This document shows, in pieces, positions 13,342 through 25,796 of a DNA stretch of 64,000 nt. The notes beneath the pieces are model-generated. The model was given only the letters and a program-made list of their open reading frames with translations, made no database searches and was not told the origin of the DNA. The position numbers and the translations under genes are program-made. Origin of the DNA: Nemertoderma westbladi (Eukaryota > Animalia > Xenacoelomorpha). How positions within the stretch are numbered: position 1 is the stretch's first letter; each line of letters begins with the position of its first letter. Where the stretch lies: NCBI GenBank assembly GCA_032718475.1, contig JAUCBJ010007486.1, positions 72,244-136,243 on the forward strand. Reading direction: 5' to 3'.

Positions 13342-16300
13342 CTATGAGAGCGCATTGACAGTGCTGTGAGAGCGCGTTGACAGTGTTGTGAGAGCGCGTT
13401 GACAGTACTGTGAGAGCGCGTTGACAGTGTTGTGAGAGCGCGTTGACAGTGCTGTGAGAGCGCGTTGACAGTGTTGTGAGAGCGCGTTGACAGTACTGTG
13501 AAAGCGCGTTGACAGTGTTGTGAGAGCGCGTTGACAGTGTTGTGAGAGCGTGTTGACAGTACTGTGAGAGCGCGATGACAGTACTGTGAGAGCGCGTTGA
13601 CAGTACTGTGAGAGCGCATTGTCAGTGTTGTGAGAGCGCATTGACAGTGTTGTGAGAGCGCATTGACAGTGTTGTGAGAGCGCATTGACAGTACTGTGAG
13701 AGCACGTTGACAGTACTGTGAGAGCGCGTTGACAGTGTTGTGAGAGCGCGTTGACAGTGTTGTGAGAGCGCGTTGACAGTACTGTGAGAGCGTGTTGACA
13801 GTACTGTGAGAGCGCGTTGACAGTGTTGTGAGAGTGCATTGACAGTGTTGTGAGAGCACATTGACAGTGTTGTGAGAGCGCATTGACAGTGTTGTGAGAG
13901 CGCGTTGACAGTACTGTGAGAGCACGTTGACAGTACTGTGAGAGCGCATTGACAGTGTTGTGAGAGCGCGTTGACAGTACTGTGAGAGCACGTTGACAGT
14001 ACTGTGAGAGCGCGTTGACAGTACTGTGAGAGCGCATTGTCAGTGTTGTGAGAGCGCATTGACAGTGTTGTGAGAGCGCATTGACAGTGTTGTGAGAGCG
14101 CGTTGACAGTACTGTGAGAGCACGTTGACAGTACTGTGAGAGCGCGTTGACAGTGTTGTGAGAGCGCGTTGACAGTGTTGTGAGAGCGCGTTGACAGTAC
14201 TGTGAGAGCGCGTTGACAGTGTTGTGAGAGCGCATTGACAGTGTTGTGAGAGCGCGTTGACAGTGTTGTGAGAGCACGTTGACAGTACTGTGAAAGCGCG
14301 TTGACAGTGTTGTGAGAGCGCGTTGACAGTGTTGTGAGAGTGCGTTGACAGTGTTGTGAGAGCGCGTTGACAGTACTGTGAGAACGCGTTGACAGTGCTA
14401 TGAGAGTGCGTTGACAGTACTGTGAAAGCGCGTTGACAGTGTTGTGAGAGCGCGTTGACAGTGTTGTGAGAGCGCGTTGACAGTACTGTGAGAGCGCGTT
14501 GACAGTGCTGTGAGAGGGCGTTGACAGTGTTGTGAGAGCGCGTTGACAGTACTGTGAAAGCGCGTTGACAGTGTTGTGAGAGCGCATTGATAGTACTGTG
14601 AGAGCTCGTTGACAGTGCTGTGAGAGCGCGTTGACAGTGTTGTGAGAGCGCGTTGACAGTACTGTGAAAGCGCATTGACAGTGTTGTGAGAGCGCGTTGA
14701 CAGTGTTGTGAGAGCGCGTTGACAGTGTTGTGAGAGCGCATTGACAGTACTGTGAGAGCGCGTTGACAGTGCTGTGAGAGCGCGTTGACAGTGTTGTGAG
14801 AGCGTGTTGATAGTGCTGTGAGAGCGCATTGACAGTGTTGTGAGAGCGCGTTGACAGTGTTGTGAGAGCGCGTTGACAGTACTGTGAGAGCGTGTTGACA
14901 GTACTGTGAGAGCGCGTTGACAGTGTTGTGAGAGTGCATTGACAGTGTTGTGAGAGCACATTGACAGTGTTGTGAGAGCGCATTGACAGTGTTGTGAGAG
15001 CGCGTTGACAGTACTGTGAGAGCACGTTGACAGTACTGTGAGAGCGCGTTGACAGTACTGTGAGAGCGCGTTGACAGTGTTGTGAGAGCGCGTTGACAGT
15101 ACTGTGAGAGCACGTTGACAGTACTGTGAGAGCGCATTGTCAGTGTTGTGAGAGCGCATTGACAGTGTTGTGAGAGCGCATTGACAGTGTTGTGAGAGCG
15201 CGTTGACAGTACTGCGAGAGCACGTTGACAGTACTGTGAGAGCGCGTTGACAGTGTTGTGAGAGCGCGTTGACAGTGTTGTGAGAGCGCGTTGACAGTAC
15301 TGTGAGAGCGCGTTGACAGTACTGTGAGAGCGCGTTGACAAGTGTTGTGAGAGTGCATTGACAGTGTTGTGAGAGCGCGTTGACAGTACTGTGAAAGCGC
15401 GTTGACAGTGTTGTGAGAGCGCGTTGGCAGTGTTGTGAGAGCGCGTTGACAGTACTGTGAGAGCGCGTTGACAGTGCTGTGAGAGCGCGTTGACAGTGTT
15501 GTGAGAGCGCGTTGACAGTACTGTGAAAGCGCGTTGACAGTGTTGTGAGAGCGCATTGACAGTGTTGTGAGAGCGCGTTGACAGTGTTGTGAGAGCACGT
15601 TGACAGTACTGTGAAAGCGCGTTGACAGTGTTGTGAGAGCGCGTTGACAGTGTTGTGAGAGTGCGTTGACAGTGTTGTGAGAGCGCGTTGACAGTACTGT
15701 GAGAACGCGTTGACAGTGCTATGAGAGTGCGTTTATGACAGTACTGTGAAAGCGCGTTGACAGTGTTGTGAGAGCGCGTTGACAGTGTTGTGAGAGCGCG
15801 TTGACAGTACTGTGAGAGCGCGTTGACAGTGCTGTGAGAGGGCGTTGACAGTGTTGTGAGAGCGCGTTGACAGTACTGTGAAAGCGCGTTGACAGTGTTG
15901 TGAGAGCGCATTGATAGTACTGTGAGAGCGCGTTGACAGTGCTGTGAGAGCGCGTTGACAGTGTTGTGAGAGCGCGTTGACAGTACTGTGAAAGCGCATT
16001 GACAGTGTTGTGAGAGCGCGTTGACAGTGTTGTGAGAGCGCGTTGACAGTGTTGTGAGAGCGCATTGACAGTACTGTGAGAGCGCGTTGACAGTGCTGTG
16101 AGAGCGCGTTGACAGTGTTGTGAGAGCGTGTTGATAGTGCTGTGAGAGCGCATTGACAGTGTTGTGAGAGCGCGTTGAAAGTGTTGTGAGAGCGCGTTGA
16201 CAGTGCTGTGTGAGTGCGTTGACAGTGCTGTGAGAGCACGTTGACAGTGTTGTGAGAGCGCGTTGACAGTGTTGTGAGAGCGCGTTGACATTACTGTGAG

Positions 16301-17925
16301 AGCACGTTGACAGTGTTGTGAGAGCGTGTTGACAGTACTGTGAAAGCGCGTTGACAGTGTTGTGAGAGCGCGTTGACAGTGTTGTGAGAGCGCGTTGACA
16401 GTACTGTGAGAGCGCGTTGACAGTACTGTGAGAGTGCGTTGACAGTGTTGTGAGAGCGCGTTGACAGTGTTGTGAGAGCGCGTTGACAGTACTGTGAGAG
16501 CGCGTTGACAGTGTTGTGAGAGCACGTTGACAGTGCTGTGTGAGTGCGTTGACTGTGCTGTGAGAGCGTGTTGACAGTGTTGTGAGAGCGCGTTGACAGT
16601 ACTGTGAGAGCGCGTTGACAGTACTGTGAGAGCGCGTTGACAGTACTGTGAGAGCGCGTTGACAGTGCTGTGTGAGTGCATTGATAGTGCTGTGAGAGTG
16701 CGTTGATAGTGCTGTGAGAGCGCGTTGACAGTGTTGTGAGAGCGCGTTGACAGTGTTGTGAGAGCCCGTTGACAGTGCTGCGTGAGTGCGTTGACAGTGC
16801 TGTGTGAGTGCGTTGATAGTGCTGTGAGAGTGCGTTGATAGTGCTGTGAGAGCGTGTTGATAGTGCTGTGTGAGTGCGTTGACAGTGTTGTGAGAGCGCG
16901 TTGATAGTGCTGTGTGAGTGCGTTGACAGTGTTGTGAGAGCGCGTTGACAGTGCTGTGTGAGTGCGTTGACAGTGCTGTGTGAGTGCGTTGACAGTGCTG
17001 TGTGAGTGCGTTGATAGTGCTGTGAGAGCGTGTTGATAGTGCTGTGAGAGAGCGTTGACAGTGCGTTGAGAGCGCGTTGACAGTGCTGTGAGAGCGCGTT
17101 GACAGTGCTGTGTGAGTGCGTTGATAGTGCTGTGTGAGTGTGGTGATAGTGCTGTGAGAGTGCGTTGATAGTGCTGTGAGAGCGTGTTGATAGTGCTGTG
17201 TGAGTGCGTTGACAGTGTTGTGAGAGCGCGTTGATAGTGCTGTGTGAGTGTGTTAATAGTGCTGTGAGAGCGCGTTGACAGTGCTGTGAGAGCGTGTTGA
17301 TAGTGCGTTGAGAGCGCGTTGACAGTGCTGTGAGAGCGCGTTGATAGTGCTGTGAGAGCGTGTTGATAGTGCTGTGAGAGAGCGTTGACAGTGCGTTGAG
17401 AGCGCGTTGACAGTGCTGTGAGAGCGCGTTGACAGTGCTGTGTGAGTGCGTTGATAGTGCTGTGTGAGTGTGGTGATAGTGCTGTGAGAGCGTTGACAGT
17501 GCGTTGAGAGCGCGTTGACAGTACTGTGAGAGCGCATTGATAGTGCTGTGAGAGCGTGTTGATAGTGCTGTGAGAGAGCGTTGACAGTGCGTTGAGAGCG
17601 CGTTGACAGTGCTGTGAGAGCGCGTTGACAGTGCTGTGTGAGTGCGTTCATAGTGCTGTGTGAGTGTGGTGATAGTGCTGTGAGAGCGTTGACAGTGCTT
17701 TGAGAGCGCGTTGACAGTGCTGTGAGAGCGCGTTGACAGTGCTGTGAGAGCGCGTTGACAGTGCTGTGTGAGTGCGTTGACAGTGTTGTGTGAGTGCATT
17801 GATAGTGCTGTGTGAGTGTGGTGATAGTGCTGTGAGAGCGCGTTGACAGTGCTGTGAGAGCGCGTTGACAGTGCTGTGAGAGCGCTTTGACAGTGCTGTG
17901 AGAGTGTGGTGACAGCACTGTGAAA
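13342..17925. repeat. 22-bp tandem satellite (~205 monomers)
   Basis: Consensus GAGAGCGCGTTGACAGTGTTGT with GTACTGT and GTGCTGT variants; continuous array. Confidence 0.99.
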
Positions 17926-18379
17926 TCGCAATGACACAACCTTTTCAGAAAAAAATTACATTTTTGATTGTTATGTAGAAATTTGTATTAAGGACGATGC
18001 CCCCTGGGCTAGCGTCCTGAGCCTTTATAAATAAATTAGAATAGTTTCACAGAATGTGATGAGTAGTTTACTCGTCCTGAATCTATCAGATATTATATTG
18101 GAGAATTCGAGAGACCCTGAACCTTTTGTGGCATAATGTAGAACTGAACTATTTGATATATGATGAAATAACTATATGATTGTTTTGACAGTCCCTAAAA
18201 CACCAGTAAATCTATTATTGCGGTTCCAATAAGCCTAATATCCATGCAATAAGATTAACATAAATTGGTCATCAACATTATTTATTAGTATGTTACCGGT
18301 TATGACACAATATTTTTTTTCTTCAGTTACTTATAATTATTGACATGTTAATACAAATTGGTTTGGGGTAACCAGTAAA

Positions 18380-20010
18380 TTTTATTTATTCAGAAATAAC
18401 TATATATATTATTTATCAAAAGTATTTTATTGGTAAATTACTGGGTATTATTTTTCAGAAACATATTTAAATGTAACCAATTTATCTTCACTTGACTAGG
18501 TATCATATATCAGCAACTTATAGTTATCGAGAAACCAATATACATTATTTATCAGTTAGTTCGTTGGGAAATGACTATATATTATTTGTCAGTTAGTTAT
18601 ATTTAGTTAGAAATTACTATATATATATATATATTTATGTTATTTATAAGTAAGTTATATTTATTTTAAAATGACCATATATTATTTATCAGTTTGTTAT
18701 ATTTATTGAAAATTGCCACATATTATTTATCAGTAAGCTATATTTATTAAGTAATAATATTTATCAGTGTGTTATATTAATCGAGAAATAATTATTATTT
18801 ATCAGTTAGTTATATATATTTAAAAATGGCCAGATATTATTTATTCAGAAATGACTTTAATTATTTATCAGATAGTAATATTTATTTAGAAATGATTATA
18901 TATTATATATTTCAGTTAGATATATTTATTTTAAAATGGTCATATATAATTTATCAGCAAGTTATATATATTGAGAAATGACTATATATTATGTAACAGT
19001 TAGTTTTATTGATTTAAAATGGTCATATATTATTTATCAGTAAATTAAATTTATTGAGAAATTCAATGACTATATATATTATTTAACATTGAGTTATATT
19101 TATCGAAAAATGGCCATGTGTTATTTATCAGTAAGTTATATTTATCAGTGTGTTAAATTAATCGAGAAATAATTATTATTTATCAGTTAGTTATATATAT
19201 TTAAAAATGGCCATATATTATTTATTCAGATCTGACACTATATCATTTTATCAGATAGTTATATTTATTTAGAAATAAATATATCAATTTTTCAATCAAT
19301 TCAATAAATTATATATCAATTATATTTAAAATGGTCATATATTATTTATCAGTTAGTTACATTTATTTAGAAGTGACTATATATTATTGTTCAGTACATT
19401 ATATTTATTGAGAAATTTAATGACTAGATATTATTTAACAGTTAGTTACATTGATTTAAAATGGTCATATATTATTTATCATTAAGTATATTATTTGAAG
19501 TGACTGTATATTGTTTAGGTATATTTATTGTAGAAATGCCTAGTTATTATTTATCAGTTAGTTATATTTATTGAAAATGGGCCTATATTATTTATCGGTA
19601 AGTTATATTTATTGAAATAAGACAATTGTGTTATTTGACAAGTAGTTATATATATTTAGAAATATATATTAGTAAGAGAAATTTGAGAAATTCAATAACC
19701 ATAATATTATAATTTATCAGTTGTATTTGTTCAAAGATCGTTATTATATTATTTAATAATGAGTTATATTCATTCGGAAATAACAACATGTTATTTATCA
19801 ATAAATAATATTGATTGAGAAATGACCCTATATTATTTAACAGTGAGTTATATTTAACAAGAAATCATTAGATATTATTTAATAGTTAGTTACATACATT
19901 CAGAAATGACTAGATATTATTTATCAGCCACCAACTTATTATATTTGTCGAGAAATTACTAGATATTGTATAGGTATCAGTAAATTATGTTTTATTTAGA
20001 TATAACTATA
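18380..20010. repeat. Old, degenerate AT-rich tandem repeat (~42-bp period)
   Basis: Recurring ATATTATTTATCAGTTAGTTATATTTATT(G/T)AGAAATGACTAT-like units with many substitutions. Confidence 0.8.
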
Positions 20011-20690
20011 TATAAAAATAAATAATAATAATATTATATTTATTAAAATAAAAGGCAGCAGTGACTTGCGACGTCAGCTCTGTAGCAGCCAAACACTCTT
20101 TGTTATCTCTTATTCAAATATTTTTATCCAAATAATTTTTTCACTTACCAACCCGATTATCTTCAATTATCTTCTGTGAGTAGGTTCGGTTGGGTCTACG
20201 TACAGTAGTTCGGAATCCTTCAACGATTCTTGTGCACTTCGCCGATAATAATATCTACCTCCTCATCTTAGTCAATCTCACTCTACTCTCCACCTGGGGC
20301 CCTGGTGTCGGTAAATCCAGTAGAGGGTTTGGTATCCAGTGGAGTGGGAGTGGATACCAGTGGAGTATCAATAAAAAATGGTTTTGTTGTTACGTTAACG
20401 TTATAAATTAGATTCAATATATCAAAACTATCTAAAGTACGTTGAGACTAGCGTAAATACTTCACCAATAACCAATAAGTCAATAAATACACCGAGAGGA
20501 AGTAAGTAAGTAAGTGAGGTGATATTTGATGTAGAGTATCAATATACAAGAATGAAACTACAAAATAACCGTTGCTTTCTATTTAACAAATTTTATGTTT
20601 ACCTTTATTTACTTTACTTTCTCGACTGAATACAATATAATCTCCTTGAATCTCCTTGAATGGCTTACTAACAATCTTACAATAAAAAAC

Positions 20691-20757
20691 ATGGGGGATT
20701 GAACTCGGTACCTAGAGATTCCAAGTCACACGCTCTGCCAACTGAGCCACTGGGGAC
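20691..20757 (-). mobile_element. tRNA-derived Pol III head (SINE fragment or tRNA pseudogene)
   Basis: Minus strand reads GTCCCCAGTGGCTCAGTTGGCAGAGCGTGTGACTTGGAATCTCTAGGTACCGAGTTCAATCCCCCAT: A box TGGCTCAGTTGG, B box GAGTTCAATCC. The anticodon and acceptor stems do not pair well. Confidence 0.6.
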
Positions 20758-20938
20758 GTATCAATCCTTAACCAAAACCTAGCGAGAAATTAACACGAAC
20801 AACAACAACGGAGTGAATACAAGAGGTCTCGTTACGCGGATCTAAAAATTATTATTATTAATCTGATTTATAAAATTATTGTTAACATACAAGTAAAGAA
20901 ATCACTGTGTTAATCCTCTTTACATATAAGCATATACT

Positions 20939-22171
20939 TCACGTTTTGTGTACATGTGGTTTAGGAAGTTTATTTGACTTTAACACATCGATTTGAATGT
21001 CATTCAACCGCATGTAGAGAGCTTCAGGTTCTTCCATAAACATATGATACAATTGCTCACCCATGGCCTCTCTCACCGCGGAATCCACCAATGGGAAAGT
21101 CCGCGCGATATGCTCCAAAGTCATACTCGCCTGCCGCTGACTGTCTGCGTGACGCACATTGGCCATAGCGACCATGAGTCCATGACAGCAACCCAGTTGA
21201 ACTAAGGTCTCGGTGAGGTCACCCTCGTCCAATTGGGCCAATATCCCTATTGTCTTACAGGCGGTGGCTTGTTGGACATGGTAGGGCAGTGGGGTTGATA
21301 GAATCTCTTTTTTGTCTTCATCATGAAAAATCATAGGTCTGTTTGTTTTATCTTCCTTTGGAGGAACCAATAACCCTACTAATCCCCCAAGCAACGGCAT
21401 TTTAACCTCCACGTAATCCATAAGCAGTTTGATAAGTTCTATAGCCTCGAATTGAACCTCTAAGTGCAATGTTCTGAGCAGATTGAGCACTGGTTCCACC
21501 AGGTTTGGGTGGGCGTGCTTCACAATGGGTTGTACGATGCGGAGCGTCTGAGCGGACAACTGTTGGGCACGGTAGGAGTTGCTAGGTAACAATGCGATGA
21601 GACCTTTATAGACTTGTATCTCGTACTTAGGGTTTCCCTGCGCTAACTCCTGAAGCAGTTGGCGGCAGTGTTGCTGAGTATTCAAAGTTTCCACTCGAGC
21701 AAGACACTCGGCAACAGCGCGGATACCGTAACTCTCGCATATCAATTCTTTGTACTTCCGTCCAGCCTGCGCTACAGTCAGCAACAACTTCAACGCTTCG
21801 GTTTTATCCGCGTCTTTGATTTGTTTCAACCCGAGAATCTCCAGTGACGTCATCACCCCTCCGACCTCCAGGAACTCGGCGAGGAAGCGGTGTCCGCTCG
21901 CTGCGTTCAGATAGATCCCGATCGCTTTGAGCTGCGGCCCCAGACAGGTGCCCACCATGTAGGTGAGTCGCAACCACGCAGTGAGTCTCGCTAGGAATAG
22001 ACTGGCCGCTTGAGCCATCTCCACCTCGAGTTCAGGGCCAGTTTTACCAGCGTTGACTCTGATGAAATCGGATAGGATTTGCGCTCTCACACTGGTACCG
22101 GCTCCCCTGTCCCATTCGGCTAACATGTCCATAACTTGAGTTATTGCCGTTTTAGCCTTACCTGACGCCAT
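20939..22171 (-). CDS. ARMH1: Armadillo-like helical domain-containing protein 1 (C1orf228 orthologue), single coding exon, 410 aa
   Basis: Protein matches recalled ARMH1 motifs along its length (EWD, GKTxPELE, ASLFLARLT, FLEVGGV, YKELICESYG, GNPKY..QVYKGLIALLP, LHLEVQFEAIELIK, SQRQASMTLE, FPLV). ATG at 22171 (MASGKAK) matches the expected N-terminus. Confidence 0.93.
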   Translation of the reverse strand: MASGKAKTAITQVMDMLAEWDRGAGTSVRAQILSDFIRVNAGKTGPELEVEMAQAASLFLARLTAWLRLTYMVGTCLGPQLKAIGIYLNAASGHRFLAEFLEVGGVMTSLEILGLKQIKDADKTEALKLLLTVAQAGRKYKELICESYGIRAVAECLARVETLNTQQHCRQLLQELAQGNPKYEIQVYKGLIALLPSNSYRAQQLSAQTLRIVQPIVKHAHPNLVEPVLNLLRTLHLEVQFEAIELIKLLMDYVEVKMPLLGGLVGLLVPPKEDKTNRPMIFHDEDKKEILSTPLPYHVQQATACKTIGILAQLDEGDLTETLVQLGCCHGLMVAMANVRHADSQRQASMTLEHIARTFPLVDSAVREAMGEQLYHMFMEEPEALYMRLNDIQIDVLKSNKLPKPHVHKT

Positions 22172-22295
22172 GTCAAAGAAATCAGTCCAAAGAAATAGAC
22201 AGCGTAAGGTAACTAAATATAAGATCTCTATAAATTTCACTAATTTCACTAAACATAATAATTACAATTATATACAATCCCAAGATTTATATTTT

Positions 22296-22320
22296 GTTGC
22301 TTAGCAACGAGTTATAAACA
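22296..22320. promoter_or_regulatory. RFX X-box (GTTGCTTAGCAAC) with adjacent forkhead-type ATAAACA in the ARMH1 promoter
   Basis: Palindromic GTTGC-N3-GCAAC at 22296-22308 and RYAAAYA at 22314-22320, ~125-150 bp upstream of the ATG. This is the usual arrangement in ciliary gene promoters. Confidence 0.65.
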
Positions 22321-23824
22321 CTTGCCTGGTTGGATATGAACAATAATCACTAATGTGAATATTTGATACACTTTCTTGGCATAGTAAGTATAGTACTGGA
22401 ATCTGGCTCAGTGATTGGATTTCACTCACTGTAATGTTTAGGCCTATGCAAGCTAACAAAAAAATTCAATGTCAGTTTGTGAATCACAATTTACAAATAC
22501 AGTATAAATCAATAATGAGGAAAAATAAAGAAAAGATAGATGTTATATTATTAATAACTGACACCGAGTGAAATAATTCATTTGGATTCATATATAAACG
22601 ATAAATATTACTTTACTTTTATTAGAATCGCAACACAGCAGTTTGATTTTTGAGATAGGTAAGTAACCTCCATAAAAAAGGAAAATATTAAGAACAATAT
22701 CAAATTAATTAATTATTAATTTAAAAAAATATAATATATTTAAACCCCCCACCCCTTTGTCATGGTTGTCACAGTTAATACTCGGTAACTTGGTACCGGT
22801 AACTTTTCATAAAGCAAGTTCGGAATCAAATTTATTCAAATTTTCGAAATGTCCAGAATCGATATTTTGATTCCGGGCGGAACCGGAACCGGAATTCAAC
22901 ATGCCGGAATTTTCTATAATTAGTAAAATACACTAAATGACCAATGGAACTTTAATAATTTTTTTGTGAAATAAGTGATTTTTTTTATTTCTAAAGCCAA
23001 GGCTACCAATGAGATCAATCAGCACCTCCGGGGGAGTTTTGGTGGGTGGAGTGGAGAGTGGTCTGGCCCGTTATGGCCTATTATGGGGACGGGATGGTAC
23101 TTTGGCCTTAAACGACAAGGAATTCAATATAATTTTTCTCTAAAATCGAAACATTGGCCAAAAGTTAGGTTTTTAGCCTTTAGACTCATACCTAAAAACC
23201 TACGTTAACCAAAAACCTATGGTTTCGCGTCATTAGGTCCTTTGGACGCTTTGGTGCAATATCCTGGTGTCTTTAAGGGAAAGGAGCAGGTTACCGTGAG
23301 ATGTTATTCAAACCAAAACAATAAACGAGGCCAATAGTACATGTTACAGTTTAATTATTGCTGGGAATAAATAGATTTACATACAGATTTACTATTTAGA
23401 TAGCTTTGCTGTAAATAGAATTAAAACTACTATTATGCAGCACCTACAACGCAGAACTGAACTAACGACCACTCGTGGACCTGTGCGTAGTGTAATCACA
23501 TTTTATAAAGTTTTAGGTTAGAATAGTGTATTTGTGTAATATTGTACAGTATTTGTAACTAAGTAGCATAAAGGACCCGTTTGGAAATAAGCAGCAAAGC
23601 TTTAGGGGTAATCCTACATTCCTACATGTTACGTTTGACAATACCGATAATCATTAAATTATCATATTCGAATTTGTTTAAATTAATTAATACCATAACA
23701 ACAAACATAAACAATAACAATACACATAAAAAATTAAGGGAATCTTCTGAGTAGGCCAGGCTATTAGCAACTATATAAACCGCCGTAGTTACTATAGCAA
23801 CTTATATGTACTGATGGCGTATGT

Positions 23825-24010
23825 TTATGAGGGGTTGCCTGGCATTCCCGCACCGTCTTCCAACCCAAGTCCACTTATCCACTTTGTCCTCGATCCCCTG
23901 AGACAGTGGAAAGCCCCGCGGATGACTGCCAGGTGGATCCGGGTTCTAACCCACCCCATCACGACGCTGTAGGGCCTGGCCCACCTCTGGTGAAGTTTTG
24001 AGGCAAACGT
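23825..24010 (-). mobile_element. 5'-truncated 3' end of a CRE-like (RLE) non-LTR retrotransposon
   Basis: Manual translation of the minus strand gives SKLHQRWARPYSVVMGWVRTRIHLAVIRGAFHCLRGSRTKWISGLGLEDGAGMPGNPS*, the typical C-terminus (YS..MGW.R......R....CLRGSR) of these elements. Confidence 0.75.
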
Positions 24011-24099
24011 ACTGAATATTTATATTATTAAATATTAAATATTTTTATTATTTAATTAATAATATTTGTAATATTATCATAATATTTAATAATTCAATC

Positions 24100-24210
24100 A
24101 AAGTAAAATAATGTAAAATCAATGCAAAAAAATTTAAAATCAATGTAAAATAATGTAAAATCAATGTTAAATAATGTAAAATCAATGTTAAATAATGTAA
24201 AATAATGTTC
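24100..24210. repeat. 10-11-bp AT-rich microrepeat (AATGTAAAAT(C))n
   Basis: About ten direct copies visible. Confidence 0.8.
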
Positions 24211-24286
24211 CATCTTCTGATATACAACTCACGAGTTATATACGGCCAGAGGCCTGTGATTGGTTAGTTTGGGTATAAATAGTAGT

Positions 24287-25514
24287 TGTAAAAGCCTTTG
24301 CTGAATTGCCCCGTTATTTTTATTATCTTTTACATTAAAATACTCTGTAGTTGATTTAATAAGTGTAAGAGACCGTATTATTGCTGTATCGGTGTTTTTA
24401 GAGGATCTAAGACCTATTTCCTCCGTATGTGTACTGTGAAAGGCATATTTTGTGATTCTATGGCAATTCGTGACGCAAAGGGGTGATAGCTACTCTTGAA
24501 CAGTAGTTACTATGACTACGGTTAACAGCTGACATTCATACGTGTTGATTTCCTTTGTTCTACGGCGTCTCTCAGTTCAGTCAGCCAATGAGAGCGTTTT
24601 TGTGGCTCCTTGTACAGAAAATTTCCGAGAAATGACGCAATGCCTATGTGCAGTGTTTACATTCAGTCTTGAGCCAAAGAAAGAACGGCTTGGAAGTATT
24701 TTGTGCTGTACTGCTTTTTAGTCGTACACTAGTAGGTTTAATTATAAAGGGCATATATCCTTTAACTGATGACTGCTGACTGATCATACATGCTGACTGC
24801 TGAAACATTGCAAACTCATAACAATCAGTGTTTTCATTGTTGTTTTATACTGCTATTTACCGTCAGTTCTTCATAATATGGTTGATGAATAATTATATTT
24901 GGAATAACGATAAACAACCCCTAAACCCAATATTCTTGATATACTGAAGGTAAGAGAGAAGGGTTACAAATAAACGATTGTGACTTATGTTAAAGTGGTT
25001 TGAAGTGAATCTAATGTTATTTGATAGACCCTACATGATTCAGTCTGTGTTCCTTTTATATGTGACTAAAATCAGTGAAGATTGGCAGATTAGTGTGCAG
25101 TATTGTGCAGCATTGTGTATGAGTGAGTCTGTTAAAGAAGCAATTCCTAAAGAATGCGCCATATATGTGAATTATAATTAAGCCATATCGTTGTGAGTAG
25201 TTTAAGTCATAACTCTGTTTATATAGATAAAGCGCCACGTCCTAAAGGAACTGTTAATATTACCGAAGGTGAATAATATTGTCAGAGATTATATAATACT
25301 GTCAGTCGAATAATACATTAGGCTTACATAGCAATAAAAATTAAACCGTCGAACCCAATCTCCCGGGAATATCCAGCGGGTGAATGGTCGCGCACGGATT
25401 GGTTTCGACTAGTGTAGTGAATCAAATACTTGTCATAGACTAAAAAGCGATTTATTATCTAGAAGACATTCTAATTTGGCGGGTTAAACTGCCAAAGGTC
25501 TGAAAGCGCGAACA
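24287..25514 (+). repeat. 5' LTR of BEL-A (1228 bp)
   Basis: Begins TGTAAAAGCCTTTG and ends GCGCGAACA, homologous to the termini of the TSD-defined BEL-B LTRs. Confidence 0.85.
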
Positions 25515-25525
25515 TTAAAGGATAT
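25515..25525 (+). promoter_or_regulatory. Non-tRNA primer-binding site of BEL-A, complementary to its own LTR
   Basis: TTAAAGGATAT abuts the LTR end; its exact reverse complement ATATCCTTTAA lies at 24755-24765. No TGG follows the LTR. Confidence 0.75.
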
Positions 25526-25796
25526 CGCTTCTTTATTGCAGTAAGCAATAAAGTCGAAAGTATCGGTCGACCGGTAACCAGTAGGCCTGACTGCCTGATC
25601 ATCCGGACCGGTACCTACTTCCGTATAAGTACAGCAGTATTATTCGATTTGATTATATATGCCGGTAGGTCTTAATAATTAATCGGGGACGCCTGGTTTT
25701 TATTGGGATTTTACTTAGGCCTATTTCTGTCAGTTTTATTTGTTTGTAGGCCAGTATTGAACAGAAGGCGTGTAAACCTGATCAGATTGTACAGAC

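Noticed and set aside
13320-17939. Overlapping ORFs of LSQHCQRALTTLSTRSH repeats, superficially Cys/His zinc-finger-like
   Set aside because: Translation of a 22-bp satellite in all three minus frames; not a gene.
20145-20350. Minus-strand segment ending in a GTAAGT donor with a faint Myb/SANT-like peptide (DEEVDIIIGEVHKNR)
   Set aside because: Stops in all frames and too short to support a call.
20691-20757. Functional tRNA gene (TGG anticodon position); likewise 34171-34245
   Set aside because: A and B boxes are present but the stems are broken; the second has a SINE body and tail.
22172-22249. 26-aa N-terminal extension of ARMH1 in the ORF track
   Set aside because: Begins at a non-ATG codon; homology starts at ATG 22171.
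23460-23620. Possible 3' tail of an L2/CR1-type LINE (GGACCC..TGGAAATAAGC..GCTTT..GGGGTAATCC)
   Set aside because: Only a loose resemblance with no attached coding remnant; not supportable without a search.
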